Assembly (NCBI GenBank): GCA_009914755.4
Contig: CP086569.2
Span: forward strand, 4,192,001 to 4,256,000
DNA: 64,000 bases
Direction of reading: 5' to 3'
DNA from: the human T2T-CHM13v2.0 reference genome, Homo sapiens
Shown here: positions 57,571-64,000 of the stretch, piece by piece
How positions within the stretch are numbered: the stretch's first letter is position 1
How the letters are laid out: each line of letters begins with the position of its first letter
Notes under the pieces: generated by a model
Databases searched by the model: none
Told to the model about the DNA's origin: nothing
What the model saw: the letters and a program-made list of their open reading frames with translations, nothing else
Position numbers and translations under genes: made by a program

Positions 57571-58194
57571 AAAAAATACTGTTATGTTTTGGTGTTAATA
57601 TAATTCCTTTCATAGTAGATAATTAATTAAAAATTATAAGCCTGGGTGATTAGGTGAATTGTTCTTGATTCTGACCCTCTTCAGAAGTGATGGGGATTTT
57701 TTTGTCAGTTTTATTCTTGTTGACACTCTCATCTCAGGTCCACGCTGATTTATAAAATCAATCATTTCTTCATTTTAGGGCTAATATAAAAATACAAGGA
57801 AGTATTTCTCATATGTAATATACATATACCATATACAGTGTATATATACTCTGTATGTTATATATACTTTTAATGAATTTATCTGTTGAGTTATTCTAAT
57901 TTTAGAGAGAAAATTGATCACTAAATTAAAAAGTCTACAAAATAAATTATGGTTATAGTTGAGATATGCCCCATTGGATATCTTGAAGCTCCTCCCTAGC
58001 CCATTACTTTAGGTAGATAATAATTTATCTCCTTTCCCGTGATTTGGATGATTCTGGGGAAAAAAACAGTTGAGATACATTTTCTAAACTCAAATTGCAA
58101 ATTGTGAGAAATCTATTGTCTTAATAAATAACATTTGAAAAATAAAGGTTTTTTTTGTTATTAGTTAAATTGATTTAAGATGGTACTGAGAGGT

Positions 58195-59690
58195 GATAAC
58201 GTGCTAGCAGCCCTCACTCACTCTCAGCACCTCCTCGGCCTCGGCGTCTGCTCTAGCCATGTTTGAGGAGTCCTTCAGCCCACCGCTGCGCTGTGGTAGC
58301 CCCTCTCTGGGCTGGTCAAGGCTGGAGCCAGCTCCCTCTGCTTGTGGGGAGGTGCGGAGGGAGAGGTGCGGGCAGGAACCCGGGCTGCGCGTGGTGCTCA
58401 TGGGCCAGCGCAAGTCCCGGGTGGGCGCAGACTCAGCGAGCCCCATACTCAGAGCGACCCCGGGCATTGAGGGGCTTAGCACCCGGGCCAGCAGCTGCGG
58501 AGGGGGCGCTGGGTCCCCCAGCACTGCTGGCCCACCCGCACCACGCTCTAATGCTCGTGGGGCCTCTGCCACCTTCCCGCAGGGCAGGGCTTGGGACCTG
58601 GCAGCCCGCCATGCCCGAGCCCCCCTGCGGTGGGTTCCCGCACGGCCCAAGCCTCCCCCACAGGTGCTGCCCCCTGCTCCATGGTGCCCAGTCCCATCAA
58701 CCTCCCAAGGGCTGAGGAGTGCGGGCGCACGGTGCGGGACTGGCCGGCAGCTCTGCCCACGTCCCCTGTGTGAGATCCATTAGGTAAAGCCAGCTGGGCT
58801 CCTGAATCAGGTGGGGACTTGGAGAACTTTTAAGTCTAGCTAAAGGTTTGTAAATGCACCAATCAGCACTTTGTGTCTAACTCAAGGTTTGTAAATGCAC
58901 CAATCAGCACTTTGTGTCTAGCTCAAGATTTGTAAATGCACAAATCAGCACTGTGTCTAGCTACAGGTTTCTAAACGCACCAATCAGTGCTCTGTGACTA
59001 GCTAATCTAGTGGGGACTTGGAAAACTTTTATGTCTAGCTAGAGGGTTGTAAATGCACCAGTCAGCACTCTGTGTAGCTCAGGGATTGTAAACACAACAA
59101 TCAGCACCCTATCAAAATGGACCAATCAGCTCTCCTCTGTAAAATGGACCAATCAGCTCTCTGTAAAATGGACCAATCAGTAGGATGTGGGTGGGGCCTG
59201 ATAAGGAAATAAAAGCAGGCTGCGGGGGCAGCAGTGGCAACCCGCTGGGGTCCCCCTTCCACACTGTGGGAGCTTTGTTCTTTCCCTCTTTGCAATAAAT
59301 CTTGCTGCTGCTCACTGCTTGGGTCTGCTCTGCCTTTATGAGCTGTAACACTGACTGCAAAGCTCTGCAGCTTCACTCCTGAGGGCAGCTTCACTCCTGA
59401 GGGCAGCTTCACTCCTGAGGACAACAAGACCATGAACCCACCAGGAGGAATGGACAACTCCAGATGCACTGCCTTAATAGCTGTAACACTCATCGTGAAG
59501 GTCTGCAGCTTCACTCCTGAGGCCAGCGAGACCACGAACCCACCAGAAGGAAGAAACTCTGGACACATCTGAATATCTGAAGGAAAAAACTCCCGACACA
59601 CCATCTTTAAGAACTGTGACACTCACCGTGAGGGTCAGCGGCTTCATTCTTGAAGTCAGTGAGACCAGGAACCCACCAATTCCGGTCACA
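58195..59690 (+). mobile_element. Solo LTR12 (HERV9/ERV9 LTR), about 1.5 kb
   Basis: CpG-rich 5' U3 (…GGGAGGTGCGGAGGGAGAGGTGCGGGCAGGAACCCGGGCTGCGCG…). Five tandem repeats of about 34-40 bp carrying TGTAAATGCACCAATCAGCAC at 58840-59100. Three repeats of AAAATGGACCAATCAGC at 59110-59180. Then …GCAATAAATCTTGCTGCTGCTCACTGCTTGGG… GAGCTGTAACACT(C/G)A… GAAGTCAGTGAGACCAGGAACCCACCAATTCCGGTCACA. Confidence 0.85.
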
Positions 59691-62600
59691 GTACTGTGTT
59701 TAAAACTTAGAAAAAACATTAAGAGCCAGAATAAAGACAAAGTTATCCACATATGTTGTGAAATGTTACACAAACAATATAGTCAATGGACAAAATCTGA
59801 AAACACTACTTATTTCTACTTATTGGTAACCTTTCATAACTCATAGCTCTGCTATCTTTAAGTTAGTAAATTATCTATAACTTGTAGTAATAATTAATAT
59901 ATCTGGAATTTACCCACTAGCATAAGTAATGTGTAATTTTTCATTTTAAAGTCTTCAACCAACAAATAACATTGATATAAGGCATTTTTGTATTGGAAGG
60001 TTACTCTATTTCTGAATGATGAATAACCAGATTAAAGCTTGGATAGACTAAACCCCATTGGAAATTATACTCAGTAAAATTTAGAAAAAATACTTGAAAA
60101 ATAAATGAAAATATATAAAAATCAAACTTTTTAAAAATTATGAAAGCATAAATCTGCTGAATATAATTTCAACTTTTAAAAGTATAGAACCCACTTTTTC
60201 TCATGCCTTTTTTTTCTCTTCAAGTTACTACCTTTGGTCAATCATGAGCAATGTTCTTGAATATTGAAAACACATTTTAGAAATTATGTCTTTCTTGACC
60301 TTTTGAAGATATTTTCCCATTAAGAACAAATAAATAAACCTAGTGAGTAATTATTTATGTAATTTATAGGAAATAACATTTTTCTTCTTTTATGTTTATA
60401 TTTTGATAAAACAGTTTGAATCAGCTTCTAAAGGTGTATTTTCACTCTTTTAGCAAGATTAATTACCATTTTATTCCATTCTCTTCTTTATACATGTTAG
60501 TTTTCTCCTTTTTTTCTTTTCCCCAATATAATATATTTACTTAGTCCATTAATTTTTCAATGGTCTGTTCATTGTTTTCTTTTTTATGTGATCTTCTCAT
60601 TCCCTCAATACTAGCTGTACATTTTGAAAATATAAATGTTTGGTATATAATAAATATTATATGGGAAAACATAAAAGCAGTCTCCTTGAAAACAGTTTTT
60701 AAATATGTAATAAAGACCTAGGACAACCTTATATTCTCTCAATTATCATACTGACAGAAAAAATAGAATTTCATAAAACATATAATTTTTTCTTGGCAGA
60801 GTAAATCAGTAATATGAAGACATATTTTAATTTGTTTTTGAATCAAAAAGAAACCGAGTTAAAATTTTATCAACTTTTAAAAATCATTTCTGAAAGCAAG
60901 CATCAACTGAGACTAAAAAATCTACACAAGTAGATTGTTCACATTGCATTTTACTATATAATCACAGTTCAATTTGTGGCTAATTTAACTGCGTTATGAA
61001 CTTCATACATGAATAAGAGCCAAAAGCTGAAATAAATAGTTCCTTGATATGACTTCTCAACTTAACATGAGCCAGAAATGCAATGAACGATTTGAAATAT
61101 GCTAGAATTATCAAAACCTGGTTAGTGTTACTTAATATGGGACCACATATTTTGGACAAGGTGATAATGATAATTTTAAAATACATGATTTTTAACGTTG
61201 CTTACAGTTATATGAGGTTTCTCAGGTTATTTAAAGTGAATATAAGTATGATCACCATTTCTATTCTTTTATTGTTTTCTTTGTTATTTTATGTGCGTAT
61301 ATTTTTATTATCGCAGTATTTTTCAATTACCAGAATATTTTAAAATAAATTACATTATAAATATTGAACAAGCAAATATACATTTACTCACCTAAGGCTT
61401 TTTTCTAAATTTGTGCTTGGAGTTTAAAAATAAACATGGGAGAAAAAATTCAAAATAGGAACGCAAGGAATGCAACATTGATTTTAAATGTTTTATACTC
61501 TCACAAAGTAGTTTGTGCAAGTGTCACAGACACTGAATAGCTAAAATGCATAATTGCAACCTCTTTGTGAAAAACAACTAAATTTTAAAGCCAGAACAAA
61601 GAGACAACCTGGAAAGCTGTAATCAGAATTGTAGGATGAAGGTTACGTTATTTAACCTACTTCTCTAGGCTCTATAGCATATTTTATTCATTCTATAACT
61701 TCACTAGTTGGGATAAGAGATTATCTCCAGAAAATATGCATAATTGTGGCTTAGTCAGAGACTATATGAAACAATATGCCTTAATGTCAATGCCACAATA
61801 TTCTGATTTGGCAGTGCTTTTATGAGCTATCTTACAGGTACAAAGAAGATATATCTTCATACAGTTAGTAAATTGCTACTTCTTATGAACTTTTGCATGT
61901 TTTTCTTAAATAAATTGGTTTGCCTCTTGATTAAAATGAAATATCAAAGTCTGTTCAGATTATAAGCTTACTTTATTATAATAGGTTTTTAATTTCTAAT
62001 TTTCTTGCTTCTACAGAGAGAACTTTGTATTTATTGTTACCCTATGAATTGTGAAAAACACACACACACATTTTTTAAAAATTAATGGATGCATGTTTCT
62101 TGATTAACAAGAGCACTTGATTCAGGTATACATAATACACAGTTACGTTTATTTTATTATTTTTTCAAGTCATTTTTGTTATTTTTACTTTTATCTTGGA
62201 TTTGTATGTGTGTATGTGTTTGTGCATTTTCAAACAGACAGCATTTTCAATAGTCATTTGTATTGAAAAATCATTCACATATATTTTCTGTGTATATTTT
62301 GGTTTGATTCATAGAGTTAAGTGTTCTACAAAAGTGCCTTAGCTCTTTAACAGGTACTCATTTAAGTGAACACCACTGTATAATTTGTTAGTCTCCTGTG
62401 ATGATTCAAGATGTTCCTCACATTCTGGTTTGAAAAGGAATAATTTGCATATATTTTTAGAGTTGAACATGCTGAGATGTAGAGAATAAGATGTTGTCTA
62501 CTAAGACATTCATTACATATACTAGTTTTAAGAATCATTTTTAAGTTCAAAATTTAACATAGTGCAAGATAATAACTATGTTGAGAGCTACTACTGCAGT

Positions 62601-63789
62601 TCAGATGCTTTTACTTTAATATCTTTTATGCAATTTGCAAAGACACTTTTTTGAAAACAAAGCCTGCTACTGGATCTACCAAAGAAGAAATTTATTATTT
62701 AAAAGCGACTATATCTCACATTAGTAGATCAAAAGATTTCACATATTTTCACTATCTTTTATGGAATAGAATTTTGAATGTTTTACCTTAAGACTTTTTC
62801 TAATCAATTTTCAGTAACTTGAAAAACATCTAAAACAATTCCAAGAAAGGAAATGTCACCTTTACTAACACTTTTCTCCAAATGCATTTCTTCCAAAGTC
62901 ATTTCTAATTAATATATATATTTCTAATTATACATTTAATGTATGCTCATTTTAGAAAAGTAGAAAATAAAAACATAAAGAATACAATCCAACAACAGAG
63001 AAATTGGCACATATAATAATTTTGCGTATATTTCCCATTATATTTCCATTAAAATATGTTGAAATAATTAGAACTATGCTCCACGTGCAGTTTGTTTTTT
63101 GAAAACTTGCATAAACAAGATCATTGTCTGGGACTTTGTCCCTGGTTCCTGAGAGGTAACTTCTAAACCCCTGGAGTTTTTCAAATGACAGAAGGTTTTT
63201 GTTATTCATTGTGGGATCTGGAACCAACCTAAGTTTATGCTAATGAGGTGCATCGTGTCAGAACACTAAATAGTTTATGGTAATAAAATGACCAGCAGAA
63301 TGGGGGCTGGTCATAAAAGAAAAAGCAAAACACCATCAGAGAGTTGGGGCTTTGGGCTACTTGATATCTTTGTCTAACCTCCAGAGAATGGAATGAGGCT
63401 GAAGATTGAGCTCAAATAACCAATTATTTGGTCAGTCATACCTATATAATGAAGCCCTCCAAAAATATGGAAACTAAAGCTCAGGTGAGTTTTCTTGGCT
63501 GGCAATGCACTGTGGAAACCAAAATTAAAATTCTAAGGCCCCAAGCCATCTGAATGGACTTCCTCCTCAGACAGGGCTCTTAAAATTTAACTTGAAAGAC
63601 TGGTTCAGGCCATGATCGAAAATAGGGGTCAGACATCCTTATTATACCTCTCTGGCATTAATATCAACACAGATTTTAAGTCTGATAAAAAACATTTTAC
63701 AATCTATTCTCTCTAAAGCCTGCTACCTAGAGGCTTCATCTGCATGATAAAACTTTCACCTCCACAACCTTATTGCAACCCAGACATTC

Positions 63790-64000
63790 CTTTCTATTGA
63801 TCTCAGGTATTTGGATAAACTCAACCAATTGTCAATCAGAAAAATTTTAGATTTCCCTATAAGCTGGAAGACGCCCCACTTCAAGTCCACTTTTCTGGAC
63901 CAAACACATGTATTTCATAAATGTATTTGATTGAAGTCTCATGCCTCCCTAAAATGTATAAAACTAAGCTGCATCCTGACCACCTTGGGCACATGTTCTC
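63790..64000 (+). mobile_element. Partial LTR related to the 7756/11817 LTR family (runs off window end)
   Basis: …CTGGACCAAACACATGTATTTCATAAATGTATTTGATTGAAGTCTCATGCCTCCCTAAAATGTATAAAACTAAGCTGCATCCTGACCACCTTGGGCACATG matches …CTGGGCTGAACCAATGTACAACTTATATATGTTGATTGATGTCTTATGTCTCCCTAAAAATGTATAAAACCAAGTTGTGCTCTTATCACCTTGGGCACATG at 12060-12170. Confidence 0.45.

Noticed and set aside
58204-58783. Cluster of overlapping 148-174 aa ORFs on both strands in a GC-rich block
   Set aside because: They lie entirely within the CpG-rich U3 of LTR12. High GC content suppresses stop codons, so overlapping long ORFs on both strands are expected by chance. There is no codon periodicity, splice signal or homology signal.
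58840-59430. Regularly spaced direct repeats that superficially resemble a CRISPR repeat-spacer array
   Set aside because: The repeats are the known tandem CCAAT-box units of ERV9/LTR12 and are embedded in a retroviral LTR in a primate genome. The 'spacers' are themselves repeat-unit variants, not unique sequence.

Overview
This window is not a microbial locus. It is primate (human or hominoid-type) genomic DNA, AT-rich, with well over half the sequence derived from transposable elements. I see no credible protein-coding gene, tRNA or rRNA gene, CRISPR array or operon-like structure. Almost every ORF in the supplied track lies inside an Alu, L1 or LTR; several are decayed L1 ORF1 or ORF2 fragments and the rest are chance ORFs. 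There is no novel protein-coding system in this window.

From start to end, the recognisable structures are:
- 1-2150: unique sequence, then an Alu at 1627-1937 with a target-site duplication (TSD).
- 2156-6054: an antisense ERVL-MaLR (THE1/MST-type) LTR plus internal region. An L1 carrying a classic twin-priming 5' inversion and a 13-nt TSD sits inside it (2833-5133). A sense MaLR internal tail plus LTR follows (5547-6054).
- 6938-19445: one old antisense L1 that has been interrupted four times. The interruptions are a 4.5-kb non-autonomous LTR-PBS-internal-PPT-LTR element (7756-12261), a complete 3.8-kb MaLR element (12506-16306), and two Alus. The MaLR element itself carries an Alu, a solo LTR7 (HERV-H LTR) and another LTR-like insert.
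- 20129-27175: a full-length old L1 on the + strand with a perfect 13-bp TSD.
- 28075-28370: a CpG-rich AluY-like insertion with a 12-15 bp TSD.
- 28400-38400: L1M fragments, several Alus with TSDs, a DNA-transposon remnant and a roughly 165-bp tandem duplication (33059-33392).
- 39044-42448: the 5' 3.4 kb of an L1PA in antisense. It is 3'-truncated, which is unusual.
- 42590-44610: an antisense L1M fragment with an Alu inside.
- 45951-51898: a + strand L1PA from 5'UTR to ORF2 position about 5.4 kb, ending abruptly with no tail. After 4.9 kb of older sequence that includes antisense L1M pieces, an L1PA 3' end with poly(A) follows at 56783-57570. The same 13-mer AAAAAATACTGTT flanks both the 5' start and the 3' tail, so this looks like one insertion event with a later internal insertion or rearrangement.
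- 58195-59690: a solo LTR12 (HERV9 LTR) with a CpG-rich U3 and tandem CCAAT-containing repeats.
- 59700-64000: AT-rich unique sequence, then a partial LTR related to the LTRs of the 7756-12261 composite.

Coordinates are from manual reading and are approximate to about 5-20 bp. Family names come from memory of consensus sequences, not from a database search.
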